Below, piece after piece: positions 1-9,847 of a stretch of 53,240 nucleotides of DNA. Below the pieces are notes generated by a model, which searched no databases, was not told where the DNA came from, and saw nothing but the letters and a program-made list of their open reading frames with translations. The position numbers and the translations under genes are program-made. The stretch's first letter is position 1, and every line of letters starts with the position of its first letter. This DNA comes from Tepidisphaeraceae bacterium. Its GTDB lineage: Bacteria > Planctomycetota > Phycisphaerae > Tepidisphaerales > Tepidisphaeraceae. Where the stretch lies: positions 1-53,240 of the forward strand of contig JANWHF010000094.1 in the NCBI GenBank assembly GCA_025450555.1. Reading direction: 5' to 3'.

Positions 1-164
1 CGCGCATTGAACGCTTTGATTCCGGCGCGAATTCGATCGAGTGCCTGATCGAAGTCGTATCGCTGCAGATAAATGAAGGCCACCCGCACGTGGGCCTGGT
101 GCGTCCAAAGCTCGAAGGGCAAGGCGAGATGCTCAAATTGTTCGAGCAATTGCGCGTCGGTCAT
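1..164 (-). CDS. hypothetical protein, N-terminal 54 codons only (continues past window start)
   Basis: ATG at 164-162. The ORF is below the 60-aa track cutoff. It reads MTDAQLLEQFEHLALPFELWTHQAHVRVAFIYLQRYDFDQALDRIRAGIKAFNA with no stop before position 1. It lies 24 nt downstream of the DUF4058 stop on the same strand. Confidence 0.45.
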   Translation of the reverse strand, partial: MTDAQLLEQFEHLALPFELWTHQAHVRVAFIYLQRYDFDQALDRIRAGIKAFNA

Positions 165-188
165 AAAGGTGTTTTGGGCTGCCCCAGT

Positions 189-989
189 TCAACGCGCGGC
201 TTCGGCAAGTCGCTGGGCGACCCAAGCCCGATCCGGTTCCCCGACAGATTCCGGCACCCGATCATAGTGGAGCAGGCGGTCATACCGCCCGCGCGCATAG
301 GTCTGGGAAAACACAATGGCAACGTCAAGCCCTACTTCGCCATCGCCCTCGCGCAGCGGGACTGGAATGGTCGGTAAGGCCTGCCGCAGCGACCAAGAAT
401 AGACGTCGCACTGCCGGCCCGTTTGCCATCGGGTCACAAAAGCGAAATAGTCGCCCGCCGGCAGGGCTGCGAGCATTGGTAACCGCTCGCCTTTGAGGAG
501 CAGGTCCAGCTCAACCAGATTCACCTGGTGAAGGATCAGATCTCGCCGCCGCGAAAGATAAGCCGCCCGATCATCGCTGCCACGACGCTTGTTCGCAGGT
601 GAGAGCAGTTCAATATCCGTCACGAGCGCCCGTTCCGGCAGGTGAAGGACCTGAATGTAAAGCTGCTTCGGGGCGTCCAGCAGCTCGATTTCCTGCGGAA
701 GCGTTCGCGGCTCGAGAGTAGAGATCGATTGCGCTGCGCGAGGTTCAGGAGGAGTGGATTGCGCGGGCGATGCATGCAGCACTGCCACGTCGGGCTCTAC
801 GAGCCGCGCGGGACCGCCATCCTCAGTGTTTCCGATCATGAGCACGCGCTCTTCAATGGCCGCCACATAATTGGCCGGCAGGCGCTCGTTGAGCAAATCG
901 TGACAGGCGGTGATCAGCGCATGATGAAGATTCGAGCAGATGCCGGTCGACTCCACGTAAGGGTCCATGCCTGGAAATGGACTGAGCAT
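189..989 (-). CDS. DUF4058 family protein
   Basis: The N-terminal 'SPFPGMDPYVE' signature is typical of DUF4058 proteins. I use the ATG at 989 (MLSPFPGMDPY...) rather than the GTG at 1001 used by the track. Length is about 266 aa. Confidence 0.7.
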   Translation of the reverse strand: MLSPFPGMDPYVESTGICSNLHHALITACHDLLNERLPANYVAAIEERVLMIGNTEDGGPARLVEPDVAVLHASPAQSTPPEPRAAQSISTLEPRTLPQEIELLDAPKQLYIQVLHLPERALVTDIELLSPANKRRGSDDRAAYLSRRRDLILHQVNLVELDLLLKGERLPMLAALPAGDYFAFVTRWQTGRQCDVYSWSLRQALPTIPVPLREGDGEVGLDVAIVFSQTYARGRYDRLLHYDRVPESVGEPDRAWVAQRLAEAAR

Positions 990-1154
990 AAGGGACCTCA
1001 CTGTTGATCATAGTCTTCGATCCTCGAACGCGAAACCAAGTGTGCGGTCGAGCCAGCCGTTTGAACCGTTGCTGAAGTTTGGCCGTACGCTGAAGCAAGG
1101 CCATCGCATATAGTCGATTTTGCAAATTCATGCTTTGGCTGGCCGTGGGGAGAA

Positions 1155-1373
1155 ATGATTCTCGATATGATGATGCCCGGCATGGACGGCATGGCGCTGC
1201 TGCACGCCATGCGCGCCGATGAGCGGCTCAAGGACGTCGCGGTCATCATGTTCAGCGCCGTCTCCGACCCGGCTTTCCGCGAGTACGCCATCAGCGAAGG
1301 AGCCGATGATCATTGGATCAAAAGCGCGATCGACTTTGGCAAACTGCCGGAGTATCTCAAGCCATATTTGTAG
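1155..1373 (+). pseudogene. response-regulator receiver domain fragment (C-terminal two-thirds only)
   Basis: The 72-aa ORF starts at 'MILDMMMPGMDG', the phospho-acceptor Asp region. It keeps 'VIMFSAVSD' (Thr/Ser position) and 'IKSAIDF' (conserved Lys). The beta1 acidic pair and about 50 N-terminal residues are absent in frame, with an in-frame stop at 1062. Confidence 0.5.
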
Positions 1374-1508
1374 CTTGACACGCTGCCCGGGTGAATCGGC
1401 AGCTCCCTGAAGCAGAGCACCGCCTGCATTGTCACGCCGGGATTAACATCCGCCAGCACATTCGGTATTGGTGGATAGGAAACAATCAACCATTCAAGGA
1501 CCTCCCTC

Positions 1509-2405
1509 ATGACCACAAACCATTCGCGTCGTGATCTTCTGAAATTTGCAGCCGTCGCAGCCGCGGCGGGGTCGCTGGCGGGCATGCCGGTGCTGGCGGC
1601 GGACGATAAGAAGGAACTGCTGGGGAAGCCGGTTCCGGTTACGCCGGGCCCGGACCGCTGGAAAGGATTGAAGGTCGGCGTAGCTTCTTACACGTTTCAT
1701 CAGCTACCGCTCGACAAGTGCATTGCCGGCATCAAGCAGGTGGATCTGCATTACGTTTCGATCAAGGACTCCCACTTGCCGCTCAAGAGCACGACCGAGC
1801 AGCGCAAGGAAGTGGTGCAGAAGTTCAAGGATGCGAAGATTTTACCGTTGAGCTGTGGGGTGATCAGCATCTCCAACGAGAAGAACGCCCGACAGGCCTT
1901 TGAATACGCACGCGATATCGAAGTGCCGACGATCGTTGCATCTCCGAAGCCCGACACGATGACGATCCTCGACAAGCTCGTCGCCGAGTTCAATATCAGG
2001 ATCGCGATTCATAATCACGGGCCGGAGGACAAAGAATTCAAGTCACCTTACGACGTCTGGGAAGTGATCAAGGATCACGATCCGCGCATCGGACTTTGCA
2101 TCGACGTGGGACATACCGAGCGCGCCGGCGTCGATCCGGCCGAGGCAATCCGCAAGTGCAAAGCCCGGCTCTACGACTGCCACTTCAAGGACATCGTTGC
2201 GCCGCGCGGGAGAAACCAGGCCGCCGAAGTGGGGCGAGGCGTGCTGGATATCCGCGGCATGCTCCAGGCACTGCTCGACATCGGCTTCAAGGGCCACATC
2301 GGTTTCGAATTCGAAAAGGCCGCTGCCAATCCGACACCAGGCTTGGCTGAATCGGTGGGCTATACCAAGGGCACACTGTCCGACATGAAGCCGGCATCGG
2401 CGTAA
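1509..2405 (+). CDS. Tat-signal sugar phosphate isomerase/epimerase (xylose isomerase-like TIM barrel)
   Basis: N-terminus 'SRRDLLKFAAVAAAAGSLAG' is a twin-arginine signal. The motifs 'IAIHNHGPED' and 'GLCIDVGHTERAG' are typical of the AP-endonuclease-2 / xylose-isomerase-like fold. Confidence 0.75.
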   Translation: MTTNHSRRDLLKFAAVAAAAGSLAGMPVLAADDKKELLGKPVPVTPGPDRWKGLKVGVASYTFHQLPLDKCIAGIKQVDLHYVSIKDSHLPLKSTTEQRKEVVQKFKDAKILPLSCGVISISNEKNARQAFEYARDIEVPTIVASPKPDTMTILDKLVAEFNIRIAIHNHGPEDKEFKSPYDVWEVIKDHDPRIGLCIDVGHTERAGVDPAEAIRKCKARLYDCHFKDIVAPRGRNQAAEVGRGVLDIRGMLQALLDIGFKGHIGFEFEKAAANPTPGLAESVGYTKGTLSDMKPASA

Positions 2406-2555
2406 CGCCGACCGGTTCTTGCAGCGGAACCGCGCCGCCAGCACCTGTACCTGGAGGATGGGAGCCCTCTGCCGCCTTTAGATTTGGCATCGCCGAAGCT
2501 ATGCCCTCGGGCGCCCCCGCGCATTACTACTTCTCGCTCATGCTTTGATGAAGGC

Positions 2556-3443
2556 TCAACTCGGCTCCAGGCGGGTCGGGGGCGGGGGAGGCGGGCGGAG
2601 TCTTTCCTGCGCCGCGACCGTTTCCGGCGGATCGCCGCCGAGCATGCAGTTGGGGAATGCCTGCAAGAACAATTGGGCCTCGGGGCTTCCCATCGGCTGC
2701 GACTGCGAATTGGCCTGCTGTTGCAGCGACCCGAAAGTCCTCGGGTCAGCGACTGGTGGCTTGCGAAGGTTTGCCGGCGTGTTTTGTGCCTGATCTTTAA
2801 ATCGAGATGCGCGAACGGGAAGCGGGTCTCGATCCGGTGCAGCAAAAGGTGGCGTCATCACCGCCAGCCGGTTGAAGAGGCCGGCAAACTTTCCCGGATC
2901 CCATCCTGCCTGAGCGTAAAGTAAATATCCCAAGTCATCGGCCGATGACTGCTGATCGAGGCTGAAGCGATTGCTCACGAATTGCCATGCAATCACCGGC
3001 AGGCTGCTGTTTGGATCGGGCTTGAGCTTTGTTTTCTCCACATCCAGATCGATCGCATGCGCATATTCGTGCGCAATGGCGGCGGCCAGTTCATCTTCGT
3101 TTCGACAAACGCGAAACAGCCCGGCATAGAGGTAAATGTGGGTTCCGCCGGTGTAAAAGGCATTAATGACCGGCGAGTTCACCAGATGGCATCGCAGGTG
3201 AGACAGCAGTTGCTCATTGGCGCGGTTTGGAACGACTTGCCGAGCGGCGGCCGCGAGGCGGTCGCCGATTAGTTGGACATAATCGCGCAAATCCTGGTTG
3301 CTGGTTACGGCCGACTGCAACGCTCCCGCATGCAGGCGATCGGCCTGCTGGACAAACTCAGCCGAGGGCGCGGGCGCTGAGCAACCCATACCGACCAGCA
3401 AGAGGGCGAGCACGAAGAGCAAGTACCGCGTCAATAATGTCAT
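2556..3443 (-). CDS. M48-like zinc metallopeptidase, exported (possible lipoprotein)
   Basis: HExxH motif in 'AIAHEYAHAIDLD'. The hydrophobic N-terminus 'LLFVLALLLVGMGCSA' begins from the internal Met at 3443. The C-terminal tail is Pro-rich (PPPPPP). Confidence 0.6.
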   Translation of the reverse strand: MTLLTRYLLFVLALLLVGMGCSAPAPSAEFVQQADRLHAGALQSAVTSNQDLRDYVQLIGDRLAAAARQVVPNRANEQLLSHLRCHLVNSPVINAFYTGGTHIYLYAGLFRVCRNEDELAAAIAHEYAHAIDLDVEKTKLKPDPNSSLPVIAWQFVSNRFSLDQQSSADDLGYLLYAQAGWDPGKFAGLFNRLAVMTPPFAAPDRDPLPVRASRFKDQAQNTPANLRKPPVADPRTFGSLQQQANSQSQPMGSPEAQLFLQAFPNCMLGGDPPETVAAQERLRPPPPPPTRLEPS

Positions 3444-3553
3444 TGGTTGGAAAGACTCCAATCTCAACGACAGTCTTTCCGTTGCAGCCCAAATTTTCAA
3501 GCGCGGCGGTGGATAGCGACACGGAAACTAATATCAGAGATGTTTCTGGCGAG

Positions 3554-6500
3554 CTAATTATTACCCTGAGCCACCGCTGGCCAGCGGTATTTCAGCGGGC
3601 CCACCGTCCATTTTACGCGCTCGGCCAGCGATCGTGCGGGTGCCGTGAAGGCCAGGCGAAGTCCGACGTCGGCATATCCCTGATCGGTGTGCGTCACCGG
3701 CAGTGGCCTGGTGGGAGCGACATCGGTGGGTCCAAGGGCTGAGCCGCCAATGACAAACAGCGAATGTGCCTCAGATTTGGCAAAGCCTGCGATTCCGGCG
3801 GCGGTCTTCTTGTCTTTCCAGGAATCAAATGCTTCCACATCATCGCATTCGTATTCCGCGACGTTGCCGATCAGATGATGAAAGACCGATCCGCTGGCCG
3901 GCGAGGCAACATGCCGGAAATAGAGCGTTCCATCATCGAAGGACATTGCCTTGGCACGCTGGCCGCCCGATGCCGGCTCGGTTCGAAAGATGCCGTCTTC
4001 GAGCGAGCGAGTGCTTCCTGAATCAGCCAGGTATTTGCGCTGCTGCTCCCAGGTCTGATCGCGGAGATTCCACTGGGCATCGGTCGTGGCCTTTTCGAAT
4101 TGCTCGTACGCGGCCAGCCACTCACTTGTCGAAGGAAGTCGGCATCCGCAAAGAGCCGCGTAATAGAGCGCTACCTGCGCCGAAATTTGCTGCATCGGAT
4201 GATCCGGCTCCGGCGGGCCGCCATATCGGTCGGCCAGGACCATTCGGTTGAACCGGCCGGCGCGGAAGGGCATGGCAAAATCATTATCTTCATCCGGCGT
4301 CAACCAGTATTGCGGACAGCTCATAGGAATCGTGGACTGCCCGGCCCACTCCCAAACGCGCGGGCCGCGCCGGGGATCGCGCTGCGTTGAAGAATACGCC
4401 CACGGGAGCTTCTTGGCCTCGCCCCACGCATTGGCCGCTTGCACGACCGCCGAGAACTGCCCGAATGAGACTTCTGTCGTCGCCAGATAAAACGGCCGGG
4501 AATCGTGAGGCTGTACGCGCCGGAATTCCACGGCCGGCTGAACCCCCAAAATTCCCGTAGTAAAAACTTCTCCAGGATTCTGATCGGCAAAGGCCTCTCG
4601 ATCATTCAGGCGAGCGAGGTGCTCGACCAAATCCTGGTCTTTCAGATCGTTTGCCGCGGTTCGCAAGTTGGCCACGGCATCCTGCACGATCTGATCGTTC
4701 TGCCGATCGATTCCCTGCTTCAGGACATAAGTCCACAGGTTGAATCGTGCCGGAGCACTGAGGGATGCAACGTCTTCAGTCGTGATGGCAGAGCCACGCT
4801 GACCGGCAATCGCCTCGGCCAGCATCGACTCCGAACCAGCCGCTTCGACAAATCGCTTCCAGCGTACCGGCCCCTGCGTCTTCAGGTCAGCCGCGATCGC
4901 AGTGGCCTCGCGACCCGGCAGTTCCTTGATGGCTTGCTCGATCCCCTGACGCAACGAAAGCTCGGTCGTTAATTCGCCCGGTTCTGCGGGCCAGGGCGGC
5001 GTCTGATGCGTTCCCAGGAGTTGCCAGGCGGCGAGCATCACTTCCGGATCGTTGGACTGCTTCGCCTTGTTGGCCAAGTCATTGCGCCGCAAACGGGTCA
5101 AAGACTGGAGCCGATTGATCCGATCCAGATCAACCTTCACCAGCGACTGGATGACCGGATCTCTCCAAAATGCACTTTTGGATTCCCATTTCTTGTCAGG
5201 CCGGTCGCTGAGCAGGAGGACCTGCTTGCGTATGGGGAAATCTACCGCAAGCGCTTTGAGGTTATCTGACCACTGACCATATTGAGCCTGCGCCGTCTTT
5301 TGGGCATTTGGATCGAGCCGCGCCGAGCGCGGATCGATCAGCGGAAGCAGCTTTTCAAGAAATGCTTCGCGACGGTTGGCGGCAGCCGCGGTGTAGTTCG
5401 CGTTCAGGCCGCGCGGAACGGGCGGAAACTGGCTATCGAGATTCGTCAGCAGATTGCGGAGCCGATCGGCGCGCTGCTTATAGTCGGCAAACAGATCGCG
5501 ATCGCGCGTCATTTCATCGATGCTCTCATGAAGTAATTGCCGCCAGGCTTCCCAATAGGCATTGATGCGCGGAGAAGAGGTGGACAGCACCGGCAGCGTC
5601 TTTAGCCAGTCTTCTGGTCCATCGGCATGATAGAAGCGCCGTAGCGAATCGATTTTCGCTTCGACTTCCGTTCGCCGGGCAGCAAATGTGCCATCGGCCA
5701 TGGAGCGGGCGGTGAAGACTGATTTCCCAAAATCGGCAATCGATGCGAGCGCGTTCTCGTGGCCCTTTTTGAGCTCCGTCTGCTCGCGCTGATCGGGATG
5801 CGATTTGTCCACCAGCTCGACGGTGTCGCCCAGTCGCTTTTGTAATGCAACGACTGCCGCGCCGGTTTCATCACGACGGATGGAATTCAGCGCGAGCAAG
5901 CCCAGATATTGCTCGATATCGCCGCGCTGGAGCCGGTCGAGGTCCATGCTGTCGGAAACGTCCTTTGTGAGGCGCTGCCGATCGACGTTGCTTGGAAAAT
6001 CGCGCGTTGCGGTGGCCAGTCGTTCGGCCAGCCTCGCATTCTGCCGCACCTGATCGAAGCCATGCAGTCCCGACGACGTAATCTCGATGCCTGCAGCAGC
6101 GGAACTCCGCAGAAAGACCGCCATCGCCTTGAGTGTTCGGTCATCTTTCTTTTGGATTTCCTGCGTTTTTTCAGAAAGCTGCTTCCAACTATCGTCTGCC
6201 TTGGCCAGTTCCTGAGCGATGCGAGGCGTCAACTCCAGCAGACGATCGATCGCCGGCGCAACGTCTGCTCCGGGGCCAGGCCGGGCAGCATCAATCAACT
6301 TGCCGAGGTAGTCGGCCGGCTGCGGCCAGGCGCGCGATTCGAACTTGGCCTTCATCGACATCGCGTCAGCCAGACAAGCCCAATGGTCGGGCGTCAGGTC
6401 GGTCTGAACCTGCTGGACCAGTGCGTTGGCTGCGACGGCCTGCCGATAGTCGGACACACTCCAGCACAAAAGGCCTGACGAAGAAGTCGGCAGCAAATCA

Positions 6501-7474
6501 ATGCGACGTGGGCTCATCGCCTCGGTGATCTGGCGCAGCGTCGGGTCACTCAAGTAAACGTGTCGCCGTGCCGGATTCTGCATGGCGATGGCAAAGGCGC
6601 CAAACCATTGCTGGCGGCTCTGCGCGAATTTGTTGCGGGCCGAATGATCCAGCACCGTCAGCGTCACGACCCCGGCCATCAGAATGGCCAGTGGTACGAG
6701 CGCGGCTATCAATGCTCCACGAAGTTTGTGTGTTGGGCGGCGGGGAGCCAGAGGTTCTAGCCGACTCGCGACAATTTCCAATGGTGGCCGCAGCGCTGCA
6801 ACCGGCACCAGCAGGTCACCGCATAGTTGCCGCCAGACATCCGCATCAGCACCCAGCGCCTGCCACCGAGGATCATCCTGAAGCGGCCAGGGCTGGTCGG
6901 AAAACGGCTCGTGCATCACGAGCTGATAAATGAGCTGCCCAAGCGCCTGCACATCGCCCGGTTCACCCGCCTTCGCCGCCTGCGCTGGTGATCCAAGATC
7001 AGTTAAAAGAACTCTGGCTGTCGTGAGATCTTTTCCATCAAACAAAACATTTGAGGGTTTAAGATTGCCATGCGGTCGGCCCCGCGCCGAACGAAGTTCA
7101 ATTAAGCCTTCAACGATCGAGTTGGCAACGGAATGGAGCGCCGCCGCGCCAACTTCAACTTTCGCATCCAGCAGCTTTTGAGCCGAAAGAGGCAAATAGT
7201 CGGTGGCAAACCAGGCGCCGCTGTCACTTACCCCAACTTGATAAACGACCGCCCAATGGCGCGCGCCGCCCGCCACGACCTGCTGCTGAACCCGCGCTCG
7301 ATCCAGGAAAATCGCATGATCCCAATGAGGTTCGCTCGGATCATCTGCGGGAACGCTGAATCGTTTGACGACGTAGTTGCCCGTCTCGTCATCGAGGCGC
7401 TTGGCGCGCAGCACCGCGCCGGTGGAAGTAAGATACAACTCTTCGGTTACCTGGTACGGCCCAAACATTGTCAC
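3554..7474 (-). CDS. membrane-spanning Ser/Thr-kinase-like protein (HGN variant) with C-terminal FGE-sulfatase-like domain
   Basis: The N-terminal about 250 aa has a kinase fold: 'YVVKRF' Lys, 'HGNLKPSNVLF' catalytic loop and 'DLG'. A TM helix 'ALIAALVPLAILMAGVVTLTVL' follows, then about 750 aa of helical region. The C-terminus has 'FYLATTEVSFGQF', 'RLPSTSEW', 'GNVAEYE' and 'GLRLAF', as in FGE-sulfatase domains. Confidence 0.8.
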   Translation of the reverse strand: MTMFGPYQVTEELYLTSTGAVLRAKRLDDETGNYVVKRFSVPADDPSEPHWDHAIFLDRARVQQQVVAGGARHWAVVYQVGVSDSGAWFATDYLPLSAQKLLDAKVEVGAAALHSVANSIVEGLIELRSARGRPHGNLKPSNVLFDGKDLTTARVLLTDLGSPAQAAKAGEPGDVQALGQLIYQLVMHEPFSDQPWPLQDDPRWQALGADADVWRQLCGDLLVPVAALRPPLEIVASRLEPLAPRRPTHKLRGALIAALVPLAILMAGVVTLTVLDHSARNKFAQSRQQWFGAFAIAMQNPARRHVYLSDPTLRQITEAMSPRRIDLLPTSSSGLLCWSVSDYRQAVAANALVQQVQTDLTPDHWACLADAMSMKAKFESRAWPQPADYLGKLIDAARPGPGADVAPAIDRLLELTPRIAQELAKADDSWKQLSEKTQEIQKKDDRTLKAMAVFLRSSAAAGIEITSSGLHGFDQVRQNARLAERLATATRDFPSNVDRQRLTKDVSDSMDLDRLQRGDIEQYLGLLALNSIRRDETGAAVVALQKRLGDTVELVDKSHPDQREQTELKKGHENALASIADFGKSVFTARSMADGTFAARRTEVEAKIDSLRRFYHADGPEDWLKTLPVLSTSSPRINAYWEAWRQLLHESIDEMTRDRDLFADYKQRADRLRNLLTNLDSQFPPVPRGLNANYTAAAANRREAFLEKLLPLIDPRSARLDPNAQKTAQAQYGQWSDNLKALAVDFPIRKQVLLLSDRPDKKWESKSAFWRDPVIQSLVKVDLDRINRLQSLTRLRRNDLANKAKQSNDPEVMLAAWQLLGTHQTPPWPAEPGELTTELSLRQGIEQAIKELPGREATAIAADLKTQGPVRWKRFVEAAGSESMLAEAIAGQRGSAITTEDVASLSAPARFNLWTYVLKQGIDRQNDQIVQDAVANLRTAANDLKDQDLVEHLARLNDREAFADQNPGEVFTTGILGVQPAVEFRRVQPHDSRPFYLATTEVSFGQFSAVVQAANAWGEAKKLPWAYSSTQRDPRRGPRVWEWAGQSTIPMSCPQYWLTPDEDNDFAMPFRAGRFNRMVLADRYGGPPEPDHPMQQISAQVALYYAALCGCRLPSTSEWLAAYEQFEKATTDAQWNLRDQTWEQQRKYLADSGSTRSLEDGIFRTEPASGGQRAKAMSFDDGTLYFRHVASPASGSVFHHLIGNVAEYECDDVEAFDSWKDKKTAAGIAGFAKSEAHSLFVIGGSALGPTDVAPTRPLPVTHTDQGYADVGLRLAFTAPARSLAERVKWTVGPLKYRWPAVAQGNN

Positions 7475-7528
7475 ATATCATGCCTTATTTGGCCGGATCT
7501 CGCCACGGAAAGAAGATCGCGGCAAACT

Positions 7529-8050
7529 CTATTTTCTTGTCGCAGACGTTGGCGGATTTTCCGGCCAGTCGCTTGCATCGCGAATGGCGTGGATTTCCTT
7601 TACACCAAAAACCCTTTTGCCTGAATTCATGCCATGGCAGCGTTTAGCAGCGTGGTTCCAACTTTGACGATTATTCAGATTTTCCGGCCAGAAGGGCCAG
7701 GTTCGGCATTGCAATGGGCGCACCGGATACACCGAGCAGAATTTGCGCTTTGATGCGGCGGGCGCTGAGGTCTCATCCGACTCTTTAAGAAAGATGCAGT
7801 CGTATTGCCCCTGCGGAGTCATTCGTTCTTTAAGGCTCAACCGATCACCAAAGCGGCGGCAAAAGCGCTTTATCACCTCTTCAGCCGACAGCTTCAGAAA
7901 ATCGGCCAGCCGATGGATCTCTTCCTGGCTGATCCAGACATAGCCGGGCGGCCCGGTGCAGCAGTTACCACACTGCGAACAGGTAAACGCGAGCCCATCG
8001 GAATACCAGACGGATTCCTCAACTTTGGAATTGATTACATCAAGCTTCAT
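7529..8050 (-). CDS. YkgJ-family cysteine-cluster (CxxCxxCC) protein
   Basis: 'FTCSQCGNCCTGPPGYVW' followed by 'FLKLSAEE', with a later 'C...C' pair. Start is taken at the internal Met (MKLDV...). Confidence 0.7.
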   Translation of the reverse strand: MKLDVINSKVEESVWYSDGLAFTCSQCGNCCTGPPGYVWISQEEIHRLADFLKLSAEEVIKRFCRRFGDRLSLKERMTPQGQYDCIFLKESDETSAPAASKRKFCSVYPVRPLQCRTWPFWPENLNNRQSWNHAAKRCHGMNSGKRVFGVKEIHAIRDASDWPENPPTSATRK

Positions 8051-8100
8051 GGATCGGAGAAATGATAGCCGCAAGGGGCCGGGCTTTGGCAAGCGCAACG

Positions 8101-8724
8101 TTATGGCGCGCCGCCAGCCCCTGCATTGCCGCGGAGCATTCGAATTTCGTCAGCCATTTTCGAGAGTGCCGCCATGATCTCATCGTGACGAGCGCCCTCG
8201 GGCGTCGGGCGCTTCTGAATGAAAGTGATTGTGCCGTTCGGCTCCAGCACGCATCGATCGACATCATGCAAGCTGCCGATTCCCTGTTTATGGGCGGCGG
8301 CTACGAGTTCGGCCTTGGTGATCAATTCACGATCAAGATGCTGCTTGTCAATCTTTCCATCTCGAATCAGTACTTCCGGCCGGCCTTCCAGCAGACGATC
8401 GAGCTTCCGATGTTTATGGATGAAGCGCACCATGACGTAATTGAGCACGAGCAGCGTTGCCGCGCCGATACACCCGCCGATGAGGCTGTTGTCATTGCCG
8501 ATGATCGCGTTCTGCACTGTATTGGACAGCAGCAACAGCACGATCAGATCGAATGCATTGAGCTGCGCCAGCTCGCGCTTTCCGCCCAAGCGGATGCCGG
8601 CCAGTAGAAAGACATAGATCAAAACTGAACGCAGGATTTTTTCCACGAACCAGACATCCTGGTGGAACATGTCGTGCCAGGTCGTCATCCACGGCGTTAC
8701 AGCGTCCGCCAGCAAAAACCCCAT
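8101..8724 (-). CDS. DUF421 (YetF-like) membrane protein
   Basis: 'GKRELAQLNAFDLIVLLLLSNTVQNAI' and 'LEGRPEVLIRDGKIDKQHLDRELITKAELVAAAHKQGI' are the characteristic DUF421 blocks. The first 96 codons of the track ORF are Arg/Gly-rich and overlap the divergent gene, so they are probably not translated. Confidence 0.75.
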   Translation of the reverse strand: MGFLLADAVTPWMTTWHDMFHQDVWFVEKILRSVLIYVFLLAGIRLGGKRELAQLNAFDLIVLLLLSNTVQNAIIGNDNSLIGGCIGAATLLVLNYVMVRFIHKHRKLDRLLEGRPEVLIRDGKIDKQHLDRELITKAELVAAAHKQGIGSLHDVDRCVLEPNGTITFIQKRPTPEGARHDEIMAALSKMADEIRMLRGNAGAGGAP

Positions 8725-8817
8725 GATGCCTCCAAAGGTGAAATGGGTCTTCGAGCCTTTGAGGAGCAGTATATCCGACTGGACAAGCCGGCAAGTTGCC
8801 TGCACACTTCGGCAAAC

Positions 8818-9843
8818 ATGTTGCTCGCTCAGGCCGATCCAGATCATTCCACGCTGTTGCTCCTCTTTGCCGCCATCGCGGCCCTTTATGTGGCCGGGCG
8901 GCTGGCGATCAATGCGCTCGCTGGTGGTGAAAGACAAAGCGCCGGCCGGCGAGCGATCGGGCAATGGATTCCCATCGCGGCGACGACTCTTGCCGCGGTG
9001 CTCATGAAGCATCCGGAAATGGTTGCTTCTCTAGTAATTGGCACTTCAATCGCCTGCCTGTCGATGGCGCTGGGCATGGCCATTTTGCTCGCTCCGATGA
9101 CCGATCAGACGCGGCGCCACAGTGTCTGGGCCTTCGTTTGCCCGGCGGCGATCGTGGTGATGATGGCTGGATTCAAAGGGGAACTGGTCTGGTGGCACGG
9201 AATCGTGTTTCTGCTACTCGGAGCATCCATCCTTGCCGTCTGGCATCAAAAACCCTCGACAAGCTCCATCACCGATGCGGGTGTTTCCAATAGCGCGTCT
9301 CGATCCCTGGATTCCACTGCAATCATCATTTTGCTCATTTCACTGGCTTTTGCCGGCGTTGGCGCGTGGCTGGCAGTGAGACAGACGCCAATCGCTGGAA
9401 TGAACAGCCGCTGGATGTCGACCGGCATGCTTGCGTCGCTGATTCTCAGCCCGCTGCTGGCGCTGCCCACGTTCGTGACGATTACACATGTCGCGCAGCG
9501 CGGAGATTCGAACGGTGCGATCAGCTCTTTGGTCGGCACGGTATTGCTCAATCTCTGCCTGTTGCTGCCTCTGGCGATTTTTATTCAGTTTGGTCTCACC
9601 GCATTTGGCGCGAGAGCGCAGGCCGATGGGAATGCGCTTGCTGCATTAGGAACGCTGGGGCAAGCCTTACCCTACCCGGCTGCCGTTTGGCGGCTCGACA
9701 CGATTATCCTGATTACACTCGGATTCCTGCTGATTCCGGTATCGATGGGGCGCTGGCTCATTGGCGCTTCGACCGCACTGTGCCTGTCGCTGGGATATAT
9801 GTTCTACCTCGTCATCAATTTTGTTCTGCTGATCCGCCATTGA
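8818..9843 (+). CDS. CaCA (Na+/Ca2+ exchanger)-like polytopic membrane protein, divergent
   Basis: Two alpha-repeat-like blocks resemble the 'KGxPDxAxGNVIGSNIFN..LG' motifs: 'KHPEMVASLVIGTSIACLSMALG' and 'GDSNGAISSLVGTVLLNLCLLLP'. About 10 hydrophobic helices. Start is taken at MLLAQADP. Confidence 0.45.
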   Translation: MLLAQADPDHSTLLLLFAAIAALYVAGRLAINALAGGERQSAGRRAIGQWIPIAATTLAAVLMKHPEMVASLVIGTSIACLSMALGMAILLAPMTDQTRRHSVWAFVCPAAIVVMMAGFKGELVWWHGIVFLLLGASILAVWHQKPSTSSITDAGVSNSASRSLDSTAIIILLISLAFAGVGAWLAVRQTPIAGMNSRWMSTGMLASLILSPLLALPTFVTITHVAQRGDSNGAISSLVGTVLLNLCLLLPLAIFIQFGLTAFGARAQADGNALAALGTLGQALPYPAAVWRLDTIILITLGFLLIPVSMGRWLIGASTALCLSLGYMFYLVINFVLLIRH

Positions 9844-9847
9844 AGTC

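Noticed and set aside
8725-9012. N-terminal extensions of track ORFs (for example 96 codons on the DUF421 gene, 86 codons on the SDR gene at 44566-44823, 27 codons on the Wzz gene)
   Set aside because: The extensions are Arg/Gly/Pro-rich. They overlap neighbouring genes and precede internal Met codons that align with the normal family N-termini and with upstream stop codons.
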